DNA of 64,000 nt from Tubulanus polymorphus (GCF_964204645.1 NC_134025.1:18947101-19011100), one strand, 5' to 3'. Shown: positions 28,421 to 41,195, numbered from the stretch's first letter. The notes: generated by a model from the letters alone, not told the origin. Made by a program: numbers and translations.

Positions 28421-29593
28421 ATTGCGGGATACCAGTGCTGTTACTGGGAAACTCCAATACGTTACAGGCTAATTTGGAAAGTACATTCAGACATTTTGGT
28501 ACCATTGCGTAATCTGTCAAACTGGTATTGAGGTATATACATTGCTATTGAAGATTGATAAAATTTGTTAAACATACTTTGTATGAGGTCAAACAGAACT
28601 CTCTATGGGATCTACAGCTCGAGCATAGCAAAAATGAATTGAAGAATACCATCGATATTATGTAAAAAGGTCAGAACTGTTGAAAACGTTACATTTAGAA
28701 TATCAAATGATAACAAGTACTAAGTTTAGACTAGGATGCGTTTTACGTAGATGTACAGAAATGAATATGTGTAAATTATGTGACTCTGAAAATATTGATG
28801 ATATCATCTAATCATAGGTTGTAAAAAACTTGACCATCTGAGAAGGAAATACCTGTCTCCTTTAAAGGGTATTACACCAGCAAACAGTGTAATTATAATA
28901 TTTTTATTTCTTGGCTAAATTCTGACCAGTTTGTAAAATGACAAATTGGCAAATTTTGTGTTTCACTTAATGAAATTAATAGCCTAAGCCCTAATATCAC
29001 TGAGGTTGTTAAATACTGGTAGTGTTATATGGTAATAATAGGTAGCGTAGTTAACTGTATTATATGTAGTATTACAATTTATATGAGAAGAGGGAAATCC
29101 TCCGTTATGAGACAATCAATTTTCATAAGTTTATGTTAAACTTAAATTTGTATTCATGCCATGTTAACGTTAATTTTGTAAAGAATTTATGAGAACCAAT
29201 GGTGCAATTAGCACCCGGTTAATAAAAATTTAACTGAATTGAACTCAGTATTTCTATATAATATAAGTACCTATGCATATTTTGTTACAACAATCAATTG
29301 CAAAGTTGTAGCTCATGACATGGTCTACAATTGTGGTGAGTTTCAAGATCATTAGTTATTCAATATGGTCACCAGAGGGCATTGAATATTGAAATTGTCA
29401 GATTGTTGAGCATTTGAAACCACTTCCCAAGTCGGCATGGTGTCCCTGGACCCCTAGTTCTGTTTGATTCCTTATTCTCTTAAATAGATGAAAACCTACT
29501 TGGCTCAAGCTTACAGATATCTATGAATGAATACCCAAAGATATATTTGGTCATTCTTCGAATATATTTCTGTTATATTTCGTCTTCTTGTAG

Positions 29594-29741
29594 CCTTTTA
29601 CTTCAAATGGATAATCGAGATATAGACATTAAAGATAATGATGGATGGACTCCTTTACATGCTGCCTCACATTGGGGCCAGGAAGAATCTTGTCGTGTCT
29701 TAGCTGAAAATTTTTGCAACATGGATATTAGAAATAAATGG
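29594..29741 (+). CDS. PPP1R12A: MYPT1/PPP1R12A-like exon (ankyrin repeat)
   Basis: ttgtAG|...|GTaagg; 148 nt; LLLQMDNRDIDIKDNDGWTPLHAASHWGQEESCRVLAENFCNMDIRNKW; phase 2 to phase 0. Confidence 0.95.
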
Positions 29742-30429
29742 GTAAGGTATCAAGGAAGTGCATAGAAAAACTTAACCATAATAATATTAATGATGATATT
29801 AATTACCATAACGACCATAATAAGCAAGTTTTCGATATCGTTTGATTGTCATGCAGATGTATCTTTTATAGATATTGTAGATATCCGGCAATAGGCCATT
29901 CAAATGAAACCCATCAACTCGCCAGCGACATTGATGTGTTAGCCACAATTTTTGGTCCACTTAGGACACTAATCTGATTGGGCTGTTGCATCCACTTGTC
30001 TGTCTCTCAATAGACAGAATCCAGTAATTTTGGGAAATTCAAACATCCTTCAATGGATTTTCTCAATATTTTTTTTTGATTTATGATCCAATTTATTTAC
30101 ATCAACCTGACATAAGATACAACAGAAAGACACCTGTCACGCGGGAATGACCCATTATGGACAGGTTGAACATATAATTACGTACATAGGCCTATCTATA
30201 TATTAATACAAAACTATGTACCAAATAGCGTCGCCGTTGAAAAGAATTGGGCCTTGAAATTTTGTGTGGTAGTCAATCATTGTATAAACTAATGCAACGG
30301 GTTTAAATGGGTGTGAAAATATTTATAGGGGGGCCAAACTGAGGCAGACAAAATTTCAGCCAATCAGTAAGCAGGAATTCTAATTAGAGACTCTTACTGC
30401 ACCAAAACAATTCTACAGTACGCTATGCT

Positions 30430-30500
30430 GTTTCAATGGCCCAGTTAGTAGAGTACAAGACTGGCATCTGATGGGTCAGAAGTTCGAGTCCCACACAACA
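30430..30500 (+). mobile_element. tRNA-derived SINE head (degenerate)
   Basis: Pol III A box TGGCCCAGTTAG and B box GTTCGAGTCCC at tRNA spacing; cloverleaf not intact. Confidence 0.5.
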
Positions 30501-30614
30501 CCGTACATATTTTGTTTACCTCTGATAGTTTCCGGTCTCCACGGGTACAGGTCATCATAGCTCATACTGTGGCCACGGGGAATGAACACATAGATTTTAA
30601 ATGGCCTGACTAAA

Positions 30615-30895
30615 CCCTTTCGGTGCGACTACACCGCAGTGCAGTGTATAAATCAGTGATAGATTTTGCTAGTACACCGGACTGCGGTGTATTGATTTAA
30701 TTAGTAATTATCTCTCTTGAAAGATGGCAGCACCTGTCACACATAGTGAAATATTAGTAACTAACGATACACTGCACAGCGGTGTAGACGCACTATAGTG
30801 GTATTCCCGTTATTCAACACACTAAGGTGGAATTTTTCAAAATTTTCAAATTATCTCCAGCATTATAGGGTATTAATTAATCAGCACTGAAAGGG
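30615..30895. mobile_element. piggyBac-like MITE
   Basis: TIR CCCTTTCGGTGC / GCACTGAAAGGG flanked by TAAA and TTAA. Confidence 0.7.
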
Positions 30896-31502
30896 TTAAT
30901 TCCATTGCGAATAAATTGAATAGTTTGAAGTTCTGGGCCAAAGGAAATCACCACCGCTATTCCGCATTCAAATCATTAAGACCAAGGGAAAAGATTTATC
31001 TGAGGTATTTGTTCCTGCCAGCTCCAGTCGCTGTCTGTGCTACTTATGAAAACACGATTTCAAAAATTATGTAAATTATTAGCCTGGCATTGACTAGTCT
31101 ATGAGCTGGGAGTGTATTTGGACAAATTTAACCCACAGAATGCATCATTTGCCATTTTATGAAAAGCTGACTGGCTGGCCATAGTGCCCCTTGGGGCTCT
31201 TGTTCCACAATTTATTAGCGGCGATCACATGAGCTTCATGTTCTTCCGTGACCTCACCGATTATACAACGGGCAATCTGATTGGTGCCGCAAGTAAATGA
31301 AGCTGGTGTGATGCTGTTTTAGTGGCCATTTCTTGTCTCATGGCATCTAGAGATTTCAAAATTTTCTGGGGAGGGCTCCCAGACCCCCCGCAAATGCTTC
31401 ATGCCTTCGGCACACAACACCACTAACCTCTGACCTTTTTAAACATGCCTGTTATCATCTCTGAAATACGATGTAACCATCAGCTCAATAATGCTACGGA
31501 TG

Positions 31503-32690
31503 TTTTGGTACCTTTCTCAGCAGTATGAGGTTGGCATTGAGCCAATTCATGTAAAATCGCGGTACGTTTTTTATGTGAGCATTTTCTTCATTGGTTCTCG
31601 GGTTAAACGACGTATAATCGATGCGATTGAAGATATGACGAACCTCCATTCGATGACATGGTCAACTTTGTTAAAATTCTACGAAAAACTGTCTTTGGCG
31701 GGAAAATTCTTAGCTCTTGCATATAAAATTGCATTGACCCCGATTGGGGCGGGGGGCATCGTCTGTATGAGCGAATATGATTGGCTGTTTTTGGGATATA
31801 CGGGGAATTCCGGCACTACTAAAATAATTATGGGAAAGCCATCAATGGCGAACGTTTCATTGGTTTAGGTGCTGTATATGTGCGAATTTTAAATGCTCAT
31901 TGCTGGTGAGAATATAATTATTTCACATATCGCCATAGGTATTGTTTCATTTTAATACCCAGTGATTGTGTTGATTGAGATTGAAGTGAAGCGAACGTTA
32001 TTACACAAGGCCTCCGTGTCCGCGGGAATGCTAAACGTTAGACTGTTGCACACACAAACACACGCTCATACAGACTACTATATGGTGATGCTATTACGCT
32101 GCTTGGGGCGTGCATGTTTGGTATGATAACAGGCTGAAAAATCGTCGTAGCAGAGGATGAGCGCTGTGTTTTCTGTTTGATAGAATTTGTAATAAATTGT
32201 AATTTCTTGTGACCTGAAAATACTAAGCAGCAAACTATAGGTATAGGTCGAGGTCTGAATATTGTAGGTGTAAATTCCAGGATTTAAAACGATCTAATAC
32301 TACGCCCGGTGTTTTAGCTTCGGCGGCCATACATTGGAAGAGGTTCGTTTCCAAGACTCAATATTCAGCCACCCCTTGTTATGTAACATCATATGAATTT
32401 TATTTGAATATTTTTTCATATTGTGAAAAATACATTTTTGAAAATATAAAATAGTTTCCAATGCCGCACCTACCTGTACCCTACGAAATTTTGGACGTAG
32501 ACCATAAACAAATGTTTATCTTGGGGTCTTATTTGACTACAAAATAATTCTTTTTAGGAAAGATAAAATACAATATAAACTTATAGAACCTTGAAGTCAC
32601 GAATTAAAAAGATTTTTCAAGCAATGCCCTTACTCCAAACAACCTCTAGCTTTCAAGGTAAACCACACTTTGCCCATGGGCAGTTTATTC
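31503..32690 (+). mobile_element. Helentron-like family A, full-length copy
   Basis: Same body and 3' end (AAGGTAAACCACACTTTGCCCATGGGCA) as 6468-7642. Confidence 0.75.
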
Positions 32691-33611
32691 AAACTTTTTT
32701 TTGCGAAATTACGATTTTTACAAATATACTATGTTTCTTAATAAAACTAACAATTTTACGAAATATTTATGTTTCCTCAAAAAATGTTAAAAAATTTGGT
32801 CAGAAACGATCAGTGGTTAGAAATATATCCGCCATCAGATTGATCTAGTGAATGGCCAGCAAATCAACAAAGAATTTAATTGAGTTGTAGCCGTTGCTCC
32901 ATTGAATACCACCCGCATTGTGACATTTTTTTAAATCGTCATTTAGTCGGGACCTGGTGAAGAGTATGTCGAGTTATTGTCCTCTGAATTTGATGATGAA
33001 GGGCTTGATGTAAAAAGAATTAAGTAGAGACAAAATCTCAAAATATTGTACCGAAATATCCTTGTATTAAGGCAGGTTGCAATGGTTGTCATCACGCATT
33101 TGTACTATTTGTTGTACTGATATCAGCATAAGCCATGGGCTGATAGGGGGAATAAACAATGTAAGATGTCATGTGCCAAACAAAAAATATGACGAAAAAA
33201 TAACAACCTTTTTCAAGTTATCCGCGCTGAAACACTATTCACAAACTTCCTTGTGGAGCACAATTTTCCTGGAGTAAAAATGAACTGTAATATGATGAGA
33301 TTTATAGTTTAAATAAATAAAGTTTATATGAGAAATTTTGTTCTGTCTTTTGTTCATGGAAGGTCAATATTATGTTAATTAATAAAACGTATTAAACGAA
33401 GTGGGATTGGCCAATTTACTGGTTACTGAAAAATACTGGAAAAAAAAAAACAGAAATATACTGAAAAAAACTAGAATTGTTCTGCAGTGGGCTCAGATAA
33501 ACTTGGCAGGTCTGGCTATCCAGAGTTTTGAAAATGTTGATTTATTTAGCCTGATAATTGTTAGAATTTCATTATCAATATATATCTCAATCTATCATTT
33601 TCTGATTTTAG

Positions 33612-33686
33612 GGCCAAACAGCATTTGATGTAGCAGCACCTGAATTAGTGGAGCTACTCAAAGAATTACAGGAAAAACAAGTGACG
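33612..33686 (+). CDS. PPP1R12A: MYPT1/PPP1R12A-like exon (end of ankyrin domain)
   Basis: ttttAG|...|GTaggt; 75 nt; GQTAFDVAAPELVELLKELQEKQVT, matching MYPT1 GQTAFDVA...LEELQKKQ. Confidence 0.94.
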
Positions 33687-34642
33687 GTAGGTAGAAAGAG
33701 CAGCTGTCTAGCTGTTGAACCCCAGTCAGGCCAGCCGTATTGCTCTACGAATGGAGCTAATTTTAATGACATGGTTTTCCAGGTGAAAGGCTTTTTCACT
33801 GTGCAATTTGAGCATATTCACAAACAAATCATGCATTCAAGCGTTATCATTCTCAAATTAATAGGAAACTGGATTTTGAAAATGTTCCTTGTTAAATTTA
33901 CCTGAGGTTTTTCATGAAAATCTGAAGGCCAATTAAATTATTTAAAGCCAATCAGAAAGCAAAGTCTCCCCTATGATTGGCTTTTCTTTTGGTGTGGCCA
34001 AAAAGGAAAATAAATTGCCCATAAATTGCCCATGGGCAAAGTGAGGTGCAGAAATCAGCAGGTGTTCAAACGAACCTATGGTATTGTCTACTGCTTGACT
34101 TCTGGGTTTTGTGTTAAGATTTAAAATTGTATTTCAAGATTGATTTCTGTGAAATTTTTACTTCATTTAGTTTTTGGGAATCATTTTTATTTGCATTACC
34201 GAAAACTCATCCTTTATTACAATTGGCTGAAGTTTCGGGAAAAATTGCTTTGTCTCAAATGGGATGGATGACCTTGATTGCTGAATAGCTATGCTCGTAT
34301 TGCAAATTCAATCAAATTTTATTCTGCAGAATAATATGGAATCCAATTAAATTTTATCCTATTGAACAAAGATGAAATTCAGATCCAATTCATTTTTATT
34401 CTGTATTCACATAAATAGGACAAAGGGAAAAGATTGATCTGAGGTTTTCCTTCGTGTCGTCAGTGCTACTTACCTGATTGTACTGTATAAATTATATTGA
34501 GCACGTATTTCGAAAAATATAACCCACCGATTGCATCATTTATAAAAAGCGCATGTGACGGCTGGCCAAAGTGCCCCTTTGGGCTCTTGTTTTTGATCAT
34601 GTAGTAGTTATTTGTATCAAGTATGCCATATGTTATTTGCAG

Positions 34643-34704
34643 CTTCGTAGAGATCACTTAGAACACCAAGTTATCAACAGAGTACAGTTACCTGTCAAAC
34701 GAAA
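34643..34704 (+). CDS. PPP1R12A: MYPT1-like small exon
   Basis: tttgcAG|...|GTaagt; 62 nt; LRRDHLEHQVINRVQLPVKR(K); supplies the phase 0 to phase 2 bridge needed between exons 33612 and 41959. Confidence 0.82.
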
Positions 34705-34864
34705 GTAAGTTTCAGAGAGAATTTTTACCTTCATCCTTCATGACAAGTCATGGATAGTATATTGAATGATGCGCCATGATTGCATGTCAATCATTCCATG
34801 TTGGAATAAGGGTGGAATTATCTTTTATTGTAACCGTATGAAGTCAATTAAAGGTTAGTGTCAA

Positions 34865-34893
34865 CTTGGAGTAATCAGTCTGATTACTCCAAG
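34865..34893. mobile_element. 29-bp palindromic insertion with 7-bp TSD
   Basis: CTTGGAGTAATCAG-T-CTGATTACTCCAAG flanked by GTGTCAA on both sides; empty site in paralogous repeat at 35613-35619. Confidence 0.8.
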
Positions 34894-36348
34894 GTGTCAA
34901 CAACTGAGTCCCACTAATTCAGGTATTCTGGATTCGACTCTTAGGGGTCCATATTTGTATGAATCGCTGCTAGTCTTAAAGTATGTCCTTGAGGATGCAT
35001 AACGTGGGGCACATGTTAGGTGCTTGGGAAGTATACTGCTAATCATTTTTACCTTCTTGACGTAGTCATGAAATTTATAAGATGATAGTGAGTCGGTGAC
35101 GTCATTTTCGTGTCACCACTTATAACTTGGTGGTGGAAATTCTGACGAAGATTTGTCAAACGAATAAATACTTTAATCTTATTGATGCAAAGTGTGAAAT
35201 TTCACTTTTTAAATATTTCCCTTAATTAGGTAGAAAATGTCGATAGTAAGACCGTGGGAAAGTTTCTATCGTTGAATGGGAATCACGGTGGCAGAGTGCA
35301 CCTGTGATAAGGCGGAAATAGTTTCATATGAGGGCAAAGCTTTTAAATGAATAGACAGTCGAAGGTGGTTTATCAACTTTTTTGAACAATAGTGCTGCTC
35401 TTTTCCCAATCAAATTGCTTGATTTTGATCGTTTCTCACAAGTCAACACTTGTGTAATTCAAGTGTGATTTTGATGTGCATAGAGATACATTATGACTGG
35501 TGTATTGAATGACGGCGCCATGGTTAAGCTGCGCGTCGATCGTTGAGTAGTAGAATTATAGGGTGGAATTATCTTGATTGTATCCATATGAAGTTTATTA
35601 ATTTAAAGGTAAGTGTCAACAAATGGTCCATTTTAGTCCCTCTAATTTGTGGAGAATCTCTTAACCGGGAAAACCGTAGTCTCGTTTTGTGTTTCCGTTG
35701 GCCTACGTAACTGACCTTTCTTGAGTGGACCTTGCTTGAGCGTTCGCTGCCGCTTCAAAGTTATAAGGTGTTATATAACTGATTGTTAATGACATACAGC
35801 AAATAAACCTTTAAAGGGCAAATGCTGTCAATATCGAACTTTCCGGATTTCTTAACCAGAAGAAACTAGTATATATGTAACGACCTTAGATCTGACCTAC
35901 CGAAAAAATTATCTCTAATTAGCCGTAAATTAGTCATTTATTAATCCTTCAAACTGTGCGCTATTTATGATGTTATCAATCAACACAAGCATGTGTGGGC
36001 GCTAGGATGCTTAGCCTATGTATAGTCGATAAGATAAACATCATTTCTTCACCGTATTCACAGACCTACAGCGCTACTCACTTATATACCATTATCATGT
36101 CATATACAACTGTATATTACAACTGTATATGTTGGTAAGAGTTTATTAATTATTTATTAATTTATTTATTTTATTTATCTTTAAAAAAAACTAAGTGTCT
36201 GATATTCTGCTGAAAAATTCCGGATTCATTCACCGCATAGTTATTGTCACGAGTAATGTGACTGGATGCCTCAATACCAAAAAATACGGAAGCCGGATTT
36301 CAAAAACGAATATAAATTTATTCAATTCGTACAACGAAGAATAAGAAT

Positions 36349-36695
36349 ACTCGGCACTGGCTACCGACGAACGACGAACGATGATGAACTAGACACTCGG
36401 CACTGGCAACCGACGAACGACGAACGATGATGAATTAGACACTCGGCACTGGCAACTGATGAATGACGAACGGAACGACGAACGATGATTTAGACACTTG
36501 GCACTGGCAGCCGACGACCGACGAACGGAACGACGAACGATGAATTAGACACTCGGCACTGGCAGCCGACGACGAACAAGATGTTCGGCACTGGCAGCTG
36601 ACGAACAAAACACGCGGCACTGGCAGCCGACGATTAAGATATCGGTTGAGTACCCACCATTACGGGTCGATACCGGACCGGCACTTGCAGCCGGA
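36349..36695. repeat. Irregular minisatellite
   Basis: About 8 cores CGGCACTGGC(A/T)(G/A)CCGACGA separated by 15-40 nt built of ACGA/ACGG/ATGA motifs. Confidence 0.85.
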
Positions 36696-37517
36696 AACTA
36701 GTATACCATCGTACACTAAACACGATAAATATAAGCTGGAAACAATTCCAGAAATTACCAAAAATGCAATAATCTAAATTTAATGCAATTCATTATCAGA
36801 TTAAATAATAATCTCAAAATTAAGTCTTCAATCTATATATATATATATGAGTTAACAGTCAAATGCCAATACTTTCTGAATCTTATATCTAGATTCTAGC
36901 ATTAAAAATTAAACAATTATAGAATTAATAGAACTATTCAACTACAACTCCGTCTGAATATCTAATATTTAACTGTTCCATTATTATAGAATGTTAAATA
37001 CGAGAAAAATACTAGAGGAAAACCCCTCAAACTATCAAGGATATAGTGTAAGAAAAATGTCGAACTTACCCCACGACGCGACCACAACTTCATCAAATCA
37101 TCTAATCTCTGCAATTCGTAAGGCTGTGTTAAACCTCTTGGCCCATGGGCAATTATTATTATGAATGAAATGAACTGAATAATTTTAATGATTTTCATAG
37201 GTTGAACCGTTTTTATTGGTCCAATTATTCCTAAAAAGTCTTTGAAAGTGATAGACATTGGTCCTATAACTGGCCATATTTCACTCTAAAGTAAAAATCG
37301 AATAAAAATCGATCTGATGTATTGTTCCTGCCTACCACTGTCCGAGGCGTCAAGTTTCACCGTAGTGCCCAGGGCAGTTGTTAAAGCAAACAGATCTGCA
37401 TAATTCAAAGAGTTGTAGAATGAACTATGTAATATGTTTTCATTGATATAAAGAACGGTACCTCGAGAGCACTGGACCTTCGGTCCTCTAGTTGAATGAA
37501 ATAAACTTTATCATAGA

Positions 37518-38195
37518 CTTTTGGTTTACCTTTGTCAACGATATGAAGTTGGCATTGAGCCAATTCATGTAAAATGGCGGTATGTTTTTTATATGTGAGC
37601 ATTTGTTACATTGGTTCTCGGCTTAAACGACGTATAATCGATGCGATTGAAGACATGGCGAACCTCCGTTCAATGACATCGATGTCAACTTTGTTAAAAT
37701 TCTTGGAAAAACTGTTTTTGGCTGGAAAATTCTTAGCTCTTGTGTATAAAATTGCAATGACCTCGATTGAGGGCGTCGTCTCTATGAGCGAATGTGATTG
37801 GCTGTTTTTGGGACATACGGGGAATTCTGGCTCTACTAAAATGATTATGGGAAGCCATAGAATAATTTCATTGGACTAGGTGCCGTATACGTGCGAATTT
37901 CAAATGCTCATTGCTGGTGAGAATGTAATTTTTCCACATATCCGCCATAGGTCTTGTTTCATTTTAAAACCCATTGATTGTTTTGATTGACATTGAAGTG
38001 TAAGTGAATATTCACTTACGCTAGGCCTCCACGTGCGCAGAGCGTTAAATCATTAGACTGTTGCACACACAAACATAAACACACACGCTCGTACAGTACA
38101 CTACTATATGGTGATGCTGTAACGCTGCTTGGCGCCGTGTACGTTTGACATGAAAATAGGCTGAATAATCGTAGCAGAAGATGAGCGCTGTGTAT
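37518..38195 (+). mobile_element. Helentron-like family A, 5' part only
   Basis: Aligns with other copies up to gatgagcgctgtgt, then switches to the DIRS-like sequence. Confidence 0.75.
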
Positions 38196-38529
38196 TTCCG
38201 TCGAGTACTGTACCTTTTCCTATGGTTTTTGCCAATATTTTCTAAATTTGGATTGATCGCCATTGGTTTTTCTATACGACCCGGCCCTGCGGTATTGCAT
38301 TTAGCCACCGGCGAAATCTGCCATCTTTTTTCTTGGCGTTCTAGCAGTAGAACGCGTTGGATTTTTTCGCCGTAAAAATCTGGGAATTAGGATATTAGGG
38401 AGTTTTCACTCAAACGGTGAGTCTGTTTGGTTTGGGGGTTATCCCTGGTTTCTATTTTTCCATAAGAATTTTATTTACAAATATAATTTGATTGAATTGA
38501 ATTGAATTTATTATGGTGACAGGATAATT

Positions 38530-40757
38530 ATGCCACCCCCTCCTAAGGGTCAACATCGTGGCGGGGAGGAATGCGGGCATTTGTTTGGCGCCTGGGACAA
38601 TCACGATTCGTGTGCGTCGTGCAGGCGCAAATCCGGTCAAATATGTGCAAGGAGCAATCCTTGCAAGATTTGCGAGGTGTGGTCTGAGGACCTTTGGCTT
38701 CCGGCCGATAAGGCTCTTAAACTAAGAGATCGTCGTCGAGTTAATAGCAGGGATTCGTCGGTTTCCGCCGACGTGCCAACCGACGTCTCTAATCCTGTTT
38801 CTAATCGTATAGCGGAGCGGTCGCCGGTTGTTCTGGTACGATCGGCTTCCCAACTCCGTTCACTGGGGCGGAACGCTGGTTCACCGGCACCGGTCTCCGG
38901 TCATTCACCGGTCTCTGGTCGTTCACCGGTTCGTCCGGTTCAGACTACATGTTCTGAACCGAGCGCGCGCCGCGGTAGTCGGGAACGGCCCGCACCGGTT
39001 GGGTCGGTACCGGTCCGGTCCGGGTCGGGCATCGGTCCAGTTCGGGCACCGGTCCGGTCCACACATCGTCCGGTTCAAAACATCCGGTACGTTCATCGTC
39101 TGATTCTGATCGTCGCTCCGGGGATAGAGCTCGCTCTCCCACTAGATCTAAACGCTGTGAGCGTAATAAACGAGCAAGATCTCCTTCTCGCAGATCAAGG
39201 TTTGATCGCGAGAGGGACTACGATCGTTATTGTAGGAAGTTTCGCCATCGGTCTTCTCATCGTTCGTCGACGTCGGTTAGCGATGAAGGCGATTCTTCTA
39301 GTAGGTCTCGATCCCGTTAGAGGGACCGTCACCGAAGTCGGCATGATCGTCGGGATATTGGAAAATTCCTGACTCAGAAGGATTTCCATGTATTTGAAGA
39401 GAAAATTTTAAACTTGTTATCATCGTCGCAACAAGTCGCTGCACCCTCTACAACAGGTAAGCCTATTCCTGATTGTCCGGTTAGAAGTTCGCCAGCCCAC
39501 TCAGTTCTTCGGAATTCTGACTCCGAATTCCTGGATGCTGCCGTAGGGTCTGATTTCAATGAGGATCCTGTCCCAGAAGCGGCAATTCCTTCTGGGGTCG
39601 TTCCTGTCGCGAGCAATTGTGGGTTGCCCCAGACGATGGGGGCTTCCCTGGCTCGCAATGTATCTCCGTCCCGTTCAGTTTTATCCGAACCAGCGGGGGA
39701 CATGCCATTTAGAGCGATGATATGTGAGTTCTTTGTCAAGCACGGGGCAACTCGCGCTAAGCCCACGGCAGCTCCTCTGGTCGGTGAGTCAATGGAAGCT
39801 TATCGCCCTCCGGACTCCGATCTTTTACGGGAATCGTTGGTGGTTTCGAGAGAATGGGCTCGATTGGATACGCAATTATGGGGTGAATGTCGGCCTGGAA
39901 CATTTTCATTTCCCCCTCCAGAACGGGGTATGAAATCTGGGAAATATTTTAGTTCAACCGATCCACCTATAGGCGCATTTCGCTCAGCGTATTACGCAAC
40001 TCCAGGTGTTGTGGATCACAGTCTTAACTGCCTGGATGCTGATTATACTTTGATCAGCCCGGATACTGTTACAGCACAGTCGGGTATTCGTTTGCCTAAG
40101 TCTGGTTTGGTGGCCATGACGTCAATCCTGGACAATCTTATCAGGGTTGGTTCGTTTCAGGATATGGCACTTAAGGTGTTGACGGGTGAGCTTCGTGAGA
40201 CTCACGCCGCCGTTCATGCGGGCTCCGACCCAGAGTCAGTTGCCCTAAAACTGGAGGGAATGGACCGGATTATCCAATCTTTGGCTCGGTCTGTTTCGCA
40301 TGTAATTCCGTTGTCGGTTTGGGGTCAGGCTAATCTTGTGTTAGCCTCCCGTCAGTCAGTGATGGACTCCAGTTCCAAAACTCGTCTACCGGATATGGTG
40401 TCCAATGCTTTGCTGAGAGCTCCATTGGGGACGTCTTCACGTCTCTTCTCCGGTTGGTGCGCTCCGGTTTCCGCAGAGCTGAGGAAGATTCGGGAGGTCC
40501 AGGCCAAGTCCAACCCCCGAACTCCGTGGAAAAAGCGTTCTGGTCCGACGCCGGCGGCGCAAGGTTCGGCACGGACGCAAACAGGACCATCTCAAACTTC
40601 AGCGCTTTCTCAGGCGGCTTCGGATGCCGGTTGGAGAACTAGCGCGCAACTTCAACAATCGTGTCAAGCCTCGTCCTGTCGTAACAGTTCCGGTTCATAT
40701 CAAGGCAAGGGGAAGGCTCCAAAAAGGGGCTCTTCCTTTTGGAAAAACTCGAAATGA
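38530..40757 (+). pseudogene. DIRS gag-like ORF, disrupted
   Basis: ORF 38530 shifts frame near 39070-39090 into an RS-rich frame (SDSDRRSGDRARSPTRS...) with one TAG, continuous with the 447-aa ORF 39414-40757. Confidence 0.75.
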
Positions 40758-40759
40758 AT

Positions 40760-41195
40760 TCTTGGGACCAGGGGGAGGTTGTCTGCAGCAGGCAGCAACC
40801 CACTGGTCCGACCTTTTCGGAGATGGTTGGCCCTCCCGGGTCGTCTCACGTGGCTACCGTCTCCGTTTCCTAAGGCGACCGCGCCTGACGAGGTCACCTC
40901 CCGACATGTGGCCAAAACCAGGTCAGGAGGCCTTAATCTCTCCGGCTCTCAAGGAATTGGCCGAGAAGGGAGCGATAGAACCAGTTTGTGCAACGAAACT
41001 TCTCCCGGCTGGTTTTCTCAAATATTCATGGTACCAAAGGCCACAGGGGGTCAACGGACGGTGATAGATCTGTCATCCCTCAATCGGCACCTAGACATTC
41101 CAAGGTTCCGGATGACCAAGCCCAAGGACGTGATTCAAGGGCTCCGTCCGGGTCAATGGGCGGCTTCGTTGGACCTGAAGGATGCTTACTTTCAG
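40760..41195 (+). pseudogene. DIRS reverse transcriptase N-terminal fragment
   Basis: Two ORF-track frames joined by a frameshift near 40990; stops at LDLKDAYFQ before the YxDD motif. Confidence 0.85.

Larger units (their letters stand above)
25885..28990 (+). mobile_element. 5'-truncated decayed LINE ORF2 3' end, split by nested insertions
   Basis: YCQAWKLKINVEKSKVVIF...YCYLGAVFSSNG...ILPIAFCGAEIW (25885-26306), resumes GRLLLATHVKIKTIHLWSRLL (27794-27917) and ends with CKLCD...H...C zinc knuckle (~28765-28850). Confidence 0.8.
38196..41195 (+). mobile_element. 3'-truncated DIRS-type (tyrosine recombinase class) retrotransposon
   Basis: GC-rich; gag with CGH...DNHDSCASCR...C...CKICEVW zinc finger; RT opening GGCLQ...W...VVSRGYRLRF...KGAIEPV and FSQIFMVPKATGGQRTVIDLSSLN...WAASLDLKDAYFQ typical of DIRS; RNase H and recombinase absent. 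Confidence 0.88.

Noticed and set aside
30430-30500. Functional tRNA gene
   Set aside because: A and B boxes are present but the acceptor and anticodon stems do not pair; SINE relic
27918-33514. One 5.6-kb hAT element (CAGACCTGCCAA ... TTGGCAGGTCTG) carrying the exon at 29594
   Set aside because: Flanks TAAGGTAT and GCTATCCA are not a TSD and the LINE resumes at 28420; these are two independent fragments
36349-36695. CRISPR-like repeat-spacer appearance
   Set aside because: Spacers are related to each other and variable in length, there are no cas genes, and the context is a eukaryotic intron; it is a minisatellite
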